A stretch of 64,000 bases of DNA from Euprymna scolopes (taxonomy: Eukaryota), in the NCBI GenBank assembly GCA_053919585.1, contig CM132785.1; one strand, 5' to 3'. This document shows, one piece after another, positions 30,214-45,208 of this stretch. Below the pieces are notes generated by a model. The model saw nothing but the letters and a program-made list of their open reading frames with translations. It did no database searches and had not been told where the DNA came from. Each line of letters starts with the position of its first letter. Position 1 is the first letter of the stretch. Made by a program: the position numbers and the translations under genes.

Positions 30214-32911
30214 GTGTGTGTGTCTCTACTGTGTGCGTGTGTGTGTTTTAACATTGTGAATCTATAGAATAAGAGAATGGCCAAATAAAATACATAAATA
30301 AAACGTATTAACACAGATACATTAGTTTGTTCCATTGATACATATTTTATCTTGAATGGTCAAGTCTTAATCAATCTCTATAGTACTTTATTCATATCAA
30401 GTCAGCTTTTACACAGAGAACGAAGAAAGATTAAGTTGGAAGATCGAAGACGTGAGAGCGATGATCAGTAGTGTGAAAACGTGAAAGTAATTATTATTAT
30501 ATTAAACAAGTGTATGATTGGAACAGAAGCAAATGTGAAAGAAAGTATGTTGGTTTGTCATACAGTACCGAATGTGATGAGTTTTTGTTCGTTTAGTATT
30601 TGGGAATAATGATGGGAGATATTCCTAAAAGGTCGATCCTTATACTATTTTTTTAGTTTTGTTAATTAACTCTATTAGACATCTAAGTTTGTTGTTATGT
30701 GCATGTTTAACTATAACCGATTTTTCTATACTGAAATTATGATTATTGATTAACATTTCTGTGATCACTGTACTCATAGTGTCACTTTACTTCATGGCCT
30801 AGCTGTGCCAGTGAATTCTTTTTGAGAGAACATTTGATCTCTTAGTTATAAACATTGTTGCAGTCGGTAGAGGAGTGTGTAAATGCTGTGATGTGTTGAT
30901 TTGGTAAAGCCGGTGTTTTATATATTTGTTAAGTATATTTTAGTATTAAGTCAAATGGATTACATAGTTCTAAAGTCACACTGGAGTGAAGTTGAATAAA
31001 ACTAGTTGTTGTGTGAGTTGAGATCCGCAGCCCTGACACCTCACTGACGAAGATGATATTAAAAGCCTCCCAAAGATCGTCAAAGTACCTATAACATTTC
31101 ATTCGTCACGCAAGTAAAATAAAACACCCGCATTCACCACAATACCTAATGAAAATCCACCATTACCTCTCCATCTTAAACCTTTCTACTCACACAACAA
31201 CTACATATTCCACGATATGCAAATATAATGCACCTCATTTAATCTCAAAAATATACTTAACTAAGCATCAAAATATAGACCGCATCCCATTAATACATTC
31301 CAGCATTTACACAATCTTATGTTACAACTGCTGCAAAATTTACATTGAAAAGATAAGATCTCCTTTGCAGAAGGACTTATGCGTACAAAAGGGCTTTAAA
31401 GGACACCATGTGTTCATTCGTTACAAATATGTCATCCAACACACACAACATGGGAGTTAGAAGCATAATCGATTTCAATGCTATTGATAAACAAGCAATG
31501 TAAATATTCTTTCATATATCTCCCATTTTCACCCAAAAGATATAAACGGAAAAGAAACTCACTCTATTTGATACTCTCTTCTCACTCGTTTTCTGTATAA
31601 AACCTTCTATCTGAATAAAGTTTTCTTTAGATGACGTAGTCTTAACAATTAAAGTAGGAATATCAGAGTCAAATCTTTAAACATGTTTCTGTGTTAATAA
31701 TTTTAATTTGTTTGTTCCTGCCTTATCATTTCACCTCTTAACACTAATTAGTCTATATATAATATTGGAATTAGTTCTCAACAGTATATTACGTATCTCA
31801 CTGCTTTCAATTGTTGATTGTTATGCCATGAAATAAATCGTAAAATTTAGTCTTCGGAGTTAGGATTGAACAAAGATACTAACAAAAGTCAAACACGTAC
31901 GAAATTCGAACGTGTGCCTCAGAAGGATATACTGGTGCTGCCCTAAAGAATTGACAAACGACTCAGCTTTCACAAACTATTCGATTCGTTAGTCCAGTGG
32001 TTACGACACCTGTAACAGGTAGTTCCTGTTTCTGAGACACAGGTTCAAATCCTGTACGAATCTGATTTTTCTCTTGTGGGTTTTCTTTGTTTACTGGACT
32101 AACAAAAACGTTCTAGATAATATTATATACGCAAACACCAGTGTCAGCAACAAAATGGCGACGAGATACATAATATAGTTTAAATAAAAGATACCGATAC
32201 AAAACTAAAAATTCAAAAGGCATCGCAGCAAGTGCATGCAATACACGATAGCAAACAACACACATTAAAAGGCTAACCTCCGCGTCCACCTCCCAGATTT
32301 TCTAATGTGTCCCTGGCTTTTCGAAGCTCAGTGGCCACTTCTGGATATCCGGCTGCTTCTGCGTCAGCAATGGCTTTTTCTAAGGAAGCAATGTCTTTTC
32401 TTCGAACAGCTTTTTTCAGTTGGTCGGAGATGACATCCGGCGATTTTACCTCTGATGATCGAAACAAAGTTCAGTCAAAAGGGAAAGTTAATACGTAAAT
32501 ACTAACTAAGCAATGAATTATTAAAGACCGAAATTATCTTTTTTATATTCATTTCTTTATATGTATATACATATATTGATTTTAAAAGCGTTACTTTGTA
32601 ATCCAATGGAATTTTTTCAAACATTACGAAATTAACACATTACATCTAGAGATCAACAAATTAAGTAAAATTGCACTAGGTGAACATATGAAAACGTGGA
32701 CATAAATTTAAATACAAAATATACAATGTCCAAATACATACATACAAAATGAGAAAACGCCTACGCATATATGTGTATATACGTCGTTAAGGTCATAATA
32801 TTTAGTATATGATGAGAAATATGAGGTGAGGTTTAACGTTAAGAATTAACTGAGTTATTTGTTTTTCTTTATAACATTACGCATTTTACAGAATTACATT
32901 GCAGAAAATAC

Positions 32912-32970
<59 letters not shown>

Positions 32971-33332
32971 CTGTCATTCGGAATTGAACCGAATTAAAAC
33001 ACTATAAATTTGACAAATAAATGTTCCTATATCGTATCAGATAGAGATATATAAATAATAATTGATAATAAATCTCCTTTACTTTACTGCATTTTCATGG
33101 AATCACGGGACATAAATTAATTTATACCAGTCAGGTACACTCTCGCTAGTCGATGATATTATGGAACTGCAATTAAGTGTTAAACTAAGAATACTTTATA
33201 ATCAATTACTATTAATAAATATGTATTTATCATAATAATATATAAATAGACTTCTACAAATATCTTTCTCAAATACACTCAACCCAGTTTGTCTATGCAA
33301 AGAAGTCAATATATAGCTTTATAACGATAATA

Positions 33333-33371
<39 letters not shown>

Positions 33372-33425
33372 GTACATCAAATAAGTGTTTAGATAATGTA
33401 CATTTATCAGTATTTATTAATGCTC

Positions 33426-33479
<54 letters not shown>

Positions 33480-34208
33480 TACATCTATTTCCAAAGTCAT
33501 ACTATGTTTTAGCAGTTTAACATGGAAGAATGAATATGAAAATGCCTTGATGGCTAACCTCCGGTACCGCCACCCAATATATCCGATAATCGTCTTGCTT
33601 TCTGAATAGAGTCTCGCAGTTCGGGCATACCCGCTGCAACAGATTCTCGGATTGCTCTATCCAGTGCATCCTTGTCGTTTTGCCTCATCGCTTCTTCGAG
33701 ATTTTGTTGTAAAATGTCGGGAGTTTTACTTCCTGCGACAAAAATAAATATTCTAATCAATTTACGGAAAAAATTGGTCTGATTTAAAAGCATTATTTTA
33801 CTTAGTAGTTCTGATATTAATTGAATATTTTAATNNNNNNNNNNNNNNNNNNNNNNNNNNNNNNNNNNNNNNNNNNNNNNNNNNNNNNNNNNNNNNNNNN
33901 NNNNNNNNNNNNNNNNNNNNNNNNNNNNNNNNNNNNNNNNNNNNNNNNNNNNNNNNNNNNNNNNNNNNNNNNCTTAATTTTGATTAAAACCCAAAACTAT
34001 TTAATTGAAAATGCAATTGAAATGTTTGATAAAATTCTTTGCAGTATGATATTTTTATCATACTAAATAAATATATTGCTCTGTTTGTTATTGATCCCTG
34101 TTATAGAAACGCACTAAGATTTATGGGTTTGGTTATCCAATCTCTATGACATAATAGCCAGAACATATTCATATTAATTAAACATTTAAAAGTTTAAATT
34201 AAGTTGAA

Positions 34209-34254
<46 letters not shown>

Positions 34255-34816
34255 ACGATGAATTTGTCAAAGAATATATCTTTAAGAAAATTTCTCAATT
34301 TTTTTATTTAATTATTGATGTAATTTCAATTTATGTAATATCTGATTATTTTTTTTACATACTGCGTTGCATGATATCGCTACAATACAGAAATATACAA
34401 GTATTCGGTCCATTTCCCAAGATTTAAAAGACTTATAATAATTTCATTTAAAAGGGTATTTCCTGAAGAATTAAGCTCTATACAAATTCTTTGAGTGAAA
34501 ATGAAAAATTAATTCTACTTAGCAAGTATTTCTAATTGTGTTTCAGTAAATAAATTTTATTCTAACCTCCACGTCCACCACCCAAACTTTCCAAAGTGTC
34601 CCTGGCTTTAGACAATTCGGTGCCAAGTTCTGGATAGCCTTCTTGTTCAGCTTCGTCGATTAATTTCTCAAGAGCGGCCCTGTCTCTTAATCTGGAAGCA
34701 CGTCGTAGTTGATCGCGTAATGTATCGGGAGTCTTCGATTCTGTTTATGATTGGAAATAATCATAAATAAAAACGGACAAAATATTATTGAATGTAGAAG
34801 TAAATATAAATAAATG

Positions 34817-34877
<61 letters not shown>

Positions 34878-37800
34878 GTGTAGTCAAACTCAAGTGTTTG
34901 TTCAATAGATATTAGATGATGTTTTAACGTACAATCCCAGAGTAATTATAAATTATAATATTTTCTGATGAAAACAGCATCCCATTTAAAGAAAATTGTT
35001 TTCCTACCTAACTTAAGATTCATTAAGTCTATAAAATTCAAACATTCTAATCATGAATGATCTATGAGGAAATTGTTGTTAATCTATTTAATTAAAACCA
35101 ATTTTCGTGATATGAGACTTTTTTGTTAGAAACAGGTTCAATCTATATATGTATATATATATGGTGTGCGTCTTTGTATGTCTGTGTGTGCAGTTGTGTA
35201 CTTGTGATATGCAATGTAAATACGTATGCTTTAGTGCTAGGATAAGTAATCCTGCTGTCTAAGCAATTAACGGTGGATGTAACTAACAAATTACTTGGCA
35301 GTCAATATCCACTCTGTGAATAGAATATTAGATCTTTACAGTGTTTATAATTTTGTGTTGCTACAATGATTATGAAGTAACATTTAACCAAATGTCAAAA
35401 ACATGGCAAAAAGAAAGGAGTCGAGGAGGAAACGCACAAAATAACTTTTCATATAATCCATAATTGTTAAATGAATATATATATATCTAATATACTAAAA
35501 CGTATCAAATTGGAAAATGACGAATTCAAAATGAAATTTATGAGGCAAGATTGACAAGTATTAATCTTAAATTGTAAATTATTCTTTTCGTGGTAAAGTT
35601 TATGTTGATATATACTTTATCAGCAAAATCTATAGAGGTTATAAGTATAGTAACAATTCACTGAAAATATGTTATAGCTAAAAAATCCAACAGGCACTGG
35701 TCTCTTGAAAGCAATATAAATTTAGCTTTATTATTTAATAAACGTAAAATGTATATTATTATAAGAAGCTCTTTTATTTATTAGATTATATATTTAGACA
35801 ATTCATGATATTTAAGTGTTGTATTTGTTTTGTTCTTTTCTGTCAATTTTTGGTTAATTAAAAATAATCCTTTTTATTAATGCATTATGTATTTTTATTG
35901 CAAATCACAATGTTTGTGAGATTGTTTAACTGTTCACTCAATCTATCTTCGGAGTAAAATAGCTTTAGGCGAATACATATATTTATCACATAGTAATCTT
36001 TAACGAATTGAACAAAGTTTTTTGCCGTACAAATGTGTTGCTTTACTTATAGTAGACTTAAAACATATCTACAATTAATATGGGATTTAGTAAGCATGCT
36101 ATTTTATGTAGGAAATATTTTAGACACATTTTAAATATAATTTAAAATAGAAATTTATAAAAATATACATGGTAAAAACATATTTAACTTGTTCCATATG
36201 AAGGTCATACAGTCAGGATTAAGGTTTTTTAACCTTATAGATACTATAGAAAGACATTCTGCTAAAGGTTCTCCTCAATGCATGATCAACAAAAAGAATG
36301 CATAAAGTATAATTATCTTGTGTCTGATCAAAGTAATTAAACATTAAGCCTGTATGTCATATCCTAATTATTTTATATACAATGATTTTTAAGTAAACAT
36401 TCTGATAATTCTATACAATATATTTTTGGTTAAACAGTTAATTATATGATTTCAAATCTTCGATCGAAATAATTTCCCTATAAAATAACTTTTCATACCA
36501 TCGATTCTGCGATTAATACCTAAGGAAATGTCTATGACTTTCTCTGATATTAAATTCCTAATTTTTCTTGATCTCAAAAAACATAAAGATTATGTAAGAC
36601 ATTCTAGAGAGACACCATTACCAACCCTATTAAACGGTTTAATGTTTCGGTCACAAGTGTTTTACCCTGTAAATGAACTCTTAAATTATATCATATTATC
36701 GGGAAAAAACATGGTACTTTAATAATGGTGGTAATTATAATGATGACAATATGCGTCATATTTGACAAACAGCCTTAACTGATACGCATTTCGAAGCATT
36801 TATAAATTTGATTATAGACATGCATATGATTTGGTATGTATGAAGAAGGTATGAATAAAGGATTAACCTCGTCTGGAACCCGGTTTGGAATCTTGATCAT
36901 CCAATGACTTTCTGGCACGGTAAATATCCGCATCCAATTCCGGCATTCCTGCTGCAACAGCTTCGTCCAAAACAGATTCGAGTTCGTCTTTGTCTCCTTT
37001 ACGAACGGCGTCTCTTAGTTTTATCCTCATTGCGTCAGGAGTTTTGCTTCCTGAGGAACGAAACAATACAGCATGGTTGAGTCAGATAGGATGATGGCAA
37101 TAAAATGAATACGAAGGTCACGGCGCAGCAGCATGCAATACGCCAAACATGCAAAATGTTATTGAATACCAGTTTATATTCATGACAAGCATTTCGACCG
37201 TTAATTTACGGCTTTTGCAGATCCTTATGAAAAAGAAAATGTGGTTTACGAGAAAAGCGGTATCAGTAAAAATTTGCCGCAATATAATGTCTTTTTCTGA
37301 AACAAAATATAAAAAAATATATAAAACAATAAAAATAAATAAGAAAGTAGATCAGTAAATCTTCCAACAACCTTCATATATATTGTTTTTGTATCATCGT
37401 TTTTAACAAGTTTGAATCAAGTAAATTAGATAACCATAATGCTAGTCACAAATAAAACTAATTGCACTTTACATTTGTAGAAGTGCATAGTAAACGTCAA
37501 TGTTATGATAATCGTCTAAAAACAAATAATCTCCAGAGCCAGCATTCAATTAGTTTATTTAAGTTGACCTTAAATATAGCTTAGATATTCTCTACTTCCA
37601 TATAAAAGAAAGATGTGTATCAGATGTTAAAGATAAACATATTATAAAACATATTAAAACAGGTATTAAGTCATGGGCAGACCTGAAAAAAGGGAATATG
37701 CGTTGAGTAAATATAGTGTATGTCTATCTTTTAAATGAGAAGCTTTCTGGATTTCTGTGCGTAATTCAGACGGTCATTGACGGTGAAGGTAAACATTCCC

Positions 37801-40800
37801 GCATCTAGTCGAAAATATAGTATGCAGCAATTCAGGGCGTTGGTTAAGTAAGCATGTCCAGAGATAATTTTAAACCATACCCGAAGTTGAATATTATAAC
37901 TGAAATAAAATACATATAAAAAGAAAATAATCACTATAATACTGGCTTACCTTTTACTGAAGTATTTGCTTGACAATGATGTAATGAACTGTCCTAAACG
38001 CTAAATTAAAATGAAGAACCGGTCATAATAGACAGGCGGTTACTGCATATGCGCAGACTACATTCTTTTCTTTTCATTTGCGACTATTGTTCATTAAACA
38101 ATGGTTATTTTTAACGCGTGCATACAATATAGGATTCTGAACGCATTCCTTATGGTGATAATGACCATGCAGATATTGGTTTTAAATAATATATTACTAT
38201 AATATTTCTAAATATATATATTCACATACATATATCCGGAAATATATAGAAATGCATATGCGATCCTTCAATTCCACACTGACGCAATACCAAAACTAAA
38301 AATTGGAATTTACGAAAAAGAATAGGGTAGTATATTATATTTTTGAATAATTAACCTACCCTTGGTATTATAATTGGAAGTTTAAACTGGTCAATATGAA
38401 CATGCATCGGTGTTGAATACCCTGGTATCACTATGAAAATGCACTGACGATTAGCCACTAGAACAGCAATAAAATAAATTATTTCTTTAAGAAAATTGTT
38501 GTTTTTCTATAGGTTTACATGTAAATAGCCTTATGTAAAGCAGCATTTGTCTGAATAATACACCATATTGAGCATGCGGAAAAAAGTATCATTTGTTATC
38601 GTATTTTTTTAGTCTAGAGAAAATCGATTGTTAAAAAGCATCTTAAGCATTCGAAATATTTCTCTAAAACCACATAAACTATAAATGCACTCAATTAGCG
38701 AACTTGAAAACAAGATAAATAGGCACATATATCTTGAAATGTAGAGACTGGACGTCTATGAAGTACCAGGAAACACAGCCAGTAATCACATCATGACTTA
38801 AACTAATCGTAAAATCTTGAGGATAATAACANNNNNNNNNNNNNNNNNNNNNNNNNNNNNNNNNNNNNNNNNNNNNNNNNNNNNNNNNNNNNNNNNNNNN
38901 NNNNNNNNNNNNNNNNNNNNNNNNNNNNNNNNNNNNNNNNNNNNNNNNNNNNNNNNNNNNNNNNNNNNNNNNNNNNNNNNNNNNTTAAAATTATCTGTGC
39001 AATCAATGCNNNNNNNNNNNNNNNNNNNNNNNNNNNNNNNNNNNNNNNNNNNNNNNNNNNNNNNNNNNNNNNNNNNNNNNNNNNNNNNNNNNNNNNNNNN
39101 NNNNNNNNNNNNNNNNNNNNNNNNNNNNNNNNNNNNNNNNNNNNNNNNNNNNNNNTATTTAATGTTTAGCTTTCATATTAAAACGACACTACTAGAATAC
39201 GCCTAAACATTGTAAACATTATAGAATTGAGAAAATAATAGCTATCATAACATACTACGATCACGATATCATATGTAAAGACATATAAGAGAATTGAGCA
39301 TAAACTATATAAATTAAAATGCAAATTCATAATATAAAATTATGCATTAAAATATAATTGAAAGCTAGTAGAATGAGTGCTTTATATTGCATATAGAAGT
39401 ACTGGTACCGTTTGTGACCTAAGCTGATTATGTAAACAACCGGAAGATAACGAAGTGCTCAGCCAAACAGATTGCGAGATAGCAGCCGACAATTTTCAAT
39501 TGTGAATTGAGTAAACCTAAAATTCGTAAGCCGTAATATTAATAAAAAATCATTAAAATTTTAGAAAATACAAAAACAAAATTTACAGAAACCTTAACAC
39601 CAATTTCTATTTAATAGAGTTGTTTCGTTTTGATTTTGACGCCAGATCGTTTTTATCTAGAATATTCCGGTTGTTTACGCAAACAGCCTTTAGATACTAA
39701 CGTAAAGTTAGAGCCGTCCTCTAGATAATCTAGCCCTACCCAAGTTCTACATGACTGATATTGTCTCACTATCATTTAACTCTTATCCTGAAGTGGTCTC
39801 TGGGCCTTCATAAGTGACGCCCTTCTCTGTAAAAAACATTTAAAAATCATGTTATATTCTGTGCCACTTTCTATATAGATTATGAGAAAAACAGCTTCTA
39901 AGTGCACGTTCATCAATTTATGCTTGTGAACTGACTTTGCAAATAGTTATGTGATTAGAACTGTAATCTAAACTGGAAACTACATTAAAACAAAACAACA
40001 CCATGCAAATAACTATCTACTCTATTAATGGCTAACCTCCACGTCCCCCTCCGAGTATTTCCAAAGCGTCCCTGGCTTTAGCCAAATCGGATCCCAATTC
40101 TGGATAACCAGCTGCTTCAGCATCCGCAATAGCTTGCTCTAAACTCTCAATGTCCTGTGACTTAATGGCCTCAGTCAGTTCATCACGAAGGTCACCAGCA
40201 GATACAATATCTAACAATAGCGATAAAAATAAACTTTTAATAATAACAGGCAAAAGAATACTAGCACAGTGATATAGTCTATAATAATAGGTAAAAATAA
40301 TAGGTAAAAAATTGGTAGAAACGTGCAAAATATAAGTGTATCTGATGAATATAATAATATGAATTATACGGGAAAAATATTACCTCATGTACCATACAGT
40401 TTATTGAGTAATAAAAATATAGAAAGTGTACATGTTCCAGCAATGTATTGATTACAATAGTGTCTATATTGTCTTTTTAAAATAATAGTCTATTTTATAA
40501 ACACGTGATTCAATTATAAGGTTTTTATATTAGTTTAACTTGAGAACGAAACAAAAATAAATAAAATAGGGCATTCAGTTATAAACATATATTCATATAA
40601 TTTTTTGTAAATTCTTCTGTACTCGAATTCAGTCGAAAATCACTAGTGAATGGTTTATAGATTTTTATTAGAAGATTGGTTTGAATTTTTGTATAACAAA
40701 AAACATTAAGTTTTAAAAACATTTTTATGAAAAGACAACGGAAATATTAAAATTCCAATCAAATAATGTATTTTCTCTTTGGTTAATGGGACGAAGCAAA

Positions 40801-41645
40801 TTACTAATTAATAAACTGTTCCTCTTCGAAAGTCTCCTACTGTCCTTTAAAAGTAGTTATGATGTCACAATGAATGATTACTGTTTGACATTTCCCAGAT
40901 GTGGTTGAAACAGAAAATAGTATTTCTCTGTATAGAATACATCAGTTCGAAATTTTTCGTATACAAATATTTAATTCAAAGTAATGTAATAAATTAATCT
41001 AAAACAGATAAATAGCTTGTATATACAGTTTATAAGACAAAATCCCAAATTGAAATAAGGTAATACGTGATATTTAAAATGACATATAACTTGTAAAATA
41101 TACAATTGTGTAAAAACCTTCTATATTTTAAATGTCTCTGCTATTATACATGTGAAATAATTTACGTGATTTATTACTCATTGTTGATGAAATATAATTT
41201 AAGTATGTACACAAGAAACCGCTGGGACATTATTTTTCAAAAAGCAGTAAAAATAATCAAACTTTGAGTTTATTCTAATATCAAAACATATTAGAATTAA
41301 AACTTTGATATATGTGATATTAACTTATTTTAACTTTAAGATGAGAAACACTTTGCATGTATTTGAATTTACTGATCCAGAATAATAATTTATCCCAAAA
41401 TAAATGAAACGTGGTTTTGCTAACCTCCTGTACCACCTCCTAACATATCCGAAAACCTTCTGGACTTTTGGATAGCGTCCTCTAGTTCAGGTAAACCGGC
41501 AGACACGCATTCTCTGATTGCTCGATCGAGAGCACGTTTGTCTTTATTTTTCATGGCGTCTTCAAGTTTCTTAACCAAAGCATCCGGGGACTTAGAACCT
41601 GATAACCAAACAGCGTAAAATAAGTTATTATGTTAACTAAGAACA

Positions 41646-41701
<56 letters not shown>

Positions 41702-44560
41702 GCAAAATATATGTAGGTATTAAATGGCAAATATTAAATTACTGCATACACGAATGTCATAGATTTCATGTGAAATGTTGACTTAGTTATTTCAATTAAA
41801 AAATAATTTTGAATTATAGTCATGTGTTAGATGTATTCTTAAAAGAAATATTTTAATTACTGTTTTATACTAGTTTTTTTCTTTAGTGGACTTCTTGCTT
41901 TTAATCAAACATTCTAGTTTCAGGTTCTTTCATTTTTACATTCTAATTCTACAAGTATTATCATCAACGACATAATATATACCCTATAATAAAATGTGGG
42001 CACTCATTTTGTATATTGTAGATATTTGTTTCGTCGATATATTTATAGTATGTTAGACAGCTTTCAAATTTAATTTATATAATACCAGTATAATATAGTA
42101 TCAGTGATAATAAAGTTCTGATTGTCATAGTAAAATGTTTTAGAAGATAATGGCATTTTAAAATATTTTGCAGTTAAATAATCAGTGATAAATTGAAGTT
42201 GTGTTCCCAAGTCGAACTCTGTGCATAGAATTTTCTTACATGGTATTTAATAATACGTGACGCCACTGACCAAACTGGTCGGTTTAAGGATTGAATAAAT
42301 TAAGTACATAAGTTAAGTATATGTGATGTTATTCATATTCATTCCTAGCAATCCTCTATTTGTAATGAGGGTAAAGTAAGATGGTAGTTAGAACATAATT
42401 ACCAGGTGGTGAATTAATAAGAAATCTTTAAAAATCATTAGAAAATAATATCCAACGATATTCCACTATAACTAGCAAAGGCCACGTTACTTTATGCATG
42501 AACTACATCAATAAAACTATGGACTCCTTACTGTTTAATTTCAAGGCATTATTCGCAATTTTGCGTTGACCAAACTAAGTATTTCTACGAACTAGTACGT
42601 TGTGACGAAAAGCAAGAATTCGATAAAAGCATATTATTTTATGGGCAATTTTAAGAACATTAGAAACCACATCTAGTCAAGTACGAATTTCTAACCTCCT
42701 CCTTTTCCGCCCAAACTTTGAAGAGATTTTCTGGCATCCTGGAGATCTGAAGCTATTTCTGGATATCCCGCCGCTTCGGCATCGCTTATTAACCTCTCAA
42801 GCTCTCTCTTGTCTTTAGTGCGGGAAGCTCTTCGGATTTCTTCACGAAGTCTTTCTGGAGTCACTGATCGCGATCCTATGGGACACAGTAAAACTCAAGG
42901 TAATGAACATCTATAAATATTTTAGGTAGATGTACTCTTTTATATGAAACAAATATTTGAAAACGTTGCAAGGCAGTTATACTTATTGCATTAAGGAAGT
43001 ATTATTAAACAAAAAGCATAACATATTTTAAATATGTCAATCCTTCTCTCCTTCATCATGTCTGGGAAATATCATAATAACTCAAATATAAAAACAAATT
43101 TTCGGTAACACTTGTCTGAGTTAATCAGAATTAACAACATTGGAGTAACCATCATTTCTTCATATAAGATACCTTTATCTATATACTTTAGGAAATAAAA
43201 ACTGAACGATCAGGCCAACCTATAACTCGTATATATCTTATATGGTATAGTAGTATAGAGGTTGCTGAAGAAATATCTCACTAAACATTTCGTGCACTTA
43301 TTTTCTTTATATTCTTGTTAATGCCTATGAAAATGGTTCAAGAAAAATAGATATTATTTTCAGAAAGAAATCTAGATTCAACACAATTTATATATCCGAC
43401 AAAGGTAATGGTGAATTATAATTATAATCCAGACTGGTGAAGTATAACTCTCAAAATAATTATAAAATACGAAATTATTATAAAATACTCATGAAATAGT
43501 CATAAATATTTATGAAATAAACAAATGTAGCTATAATTTGTCAAACTCAAAAATATATAGTTAATGGTAAGTGTTATATATTTCTTGAATGGATAGTGTT
43601 TTAGTTTTAAAATTTTCTATTTTTAGTGTATTTACAGAGTTTTAGCATATATATCAGAGTTTTTCAGGTAATACAATGCATTCCACATTTAGAAATTTAT
43701 ATATTTAAAAAATGCTTGCGAATAGAACAGCTAAAATAGCTCGTGCAAACAGCAAAACATATATCTGCCTGACAATGTATTGTAATAATAGGTATACTAA
43801 TCAGGAAAAACAATAGAAATTAATAACAAATTTAGCCTTAATAAAATTATAGCTTCAATGTTTAATTATTTACAATGTGATTAAAATGTGTTTCAATATG
43901 AAATCAGAATATGGCTAAGGATTTGTCCATCTTCTTTTAGGGGTCAATTCATAAAGGTAACATGGTGCAATATATGGATTCAATATTGATGGTAACTGTA
44001 TTTACTAAAGTATAACCATATGATTCGATTTAATTCCATTAAGCAATATGTACGAAATAATCGACTGATGGCATTGATGTTGAGTGCCATAACGTTATTT
44101 CAATATACGTAACAAACATCAAAGTAGCATTAAATAGTAAAGTATAACAAGTGTGTGAATGTATCCTGACCTCGACGAATGCGATCATCTAGTTGTTCCT
44201 GATCGTCAAGAGATTTTCTGGCTCTGTGAATATCGGCGTCCAGTTCCGGCATGCCGGCGGCAATACACTCATCAAGAACAGCCTCCAGAGTGTCCTTGTC
44301 TCCTTTTCTCATGGCTTCCCTCAGTTTGTCCTTTAGGATGTCGGGAGTTTTACTTCCTGACAACGGAGACATCATTTGTATCAGATGAATGGAAGTCAAT
44401 AAGATGACTAGCGTGCGATAGCAAGCGCATGCGTAAACTACACGTTTATATGATTGTTGGTTAGTTTCGGAGTTGTAACTTCGAAACTATTCATATTATA
44501 GATGCTTTGATAAACAAAAACTATTCTAAAATGGAGAGATAATGATCAAATAAACAACGC

Positions 44561-44612
<52 letters not shown>

Positions 44613-45156
44613 TATTATGATAAAAAGAGATATATAGATAGAAAACCGATTGAAAGCAAAAACCGTCTAAAAATAATTGTTAAACGTATAATTCATGCAA
44701 AATAAGTAACTCAGAGGGTTAATATTTTGCAATATCAAGTTTTATATTGGTTTACCCATCATCGATAAAATAAAACTTAAAATATATTTATAAACTATTA
44801 TATGTAACAGGTAATGGTATGCATATGTAATGCAGCATATATATTACATTATTACATGACCATCATCAAGAAACATTACAAAATAATTTAATATAGTTTT
44901 GATATAGTCGAAAAAAAAAGATCTCAAATATGTAGTTTACATAAAATATGTAAAAAGGTATATAAAGTAAGCAAATCATACATATTTTAATGGATTGCCT
45001 GTGAATATCAAAGTAAGATTTGGGTATATATTTAAGGTCAAAGCCAAATAAATAAACATAACTACTAATATGAACTGAGAGAAATAAACAAGTAAAAAGT
45101 AATTTAATTACAGAACATAGAGAAGTAGATGAAGAAATTTAAAGGAGAAAGATAAC

Positions 45157-45208
<52 letters not shown>

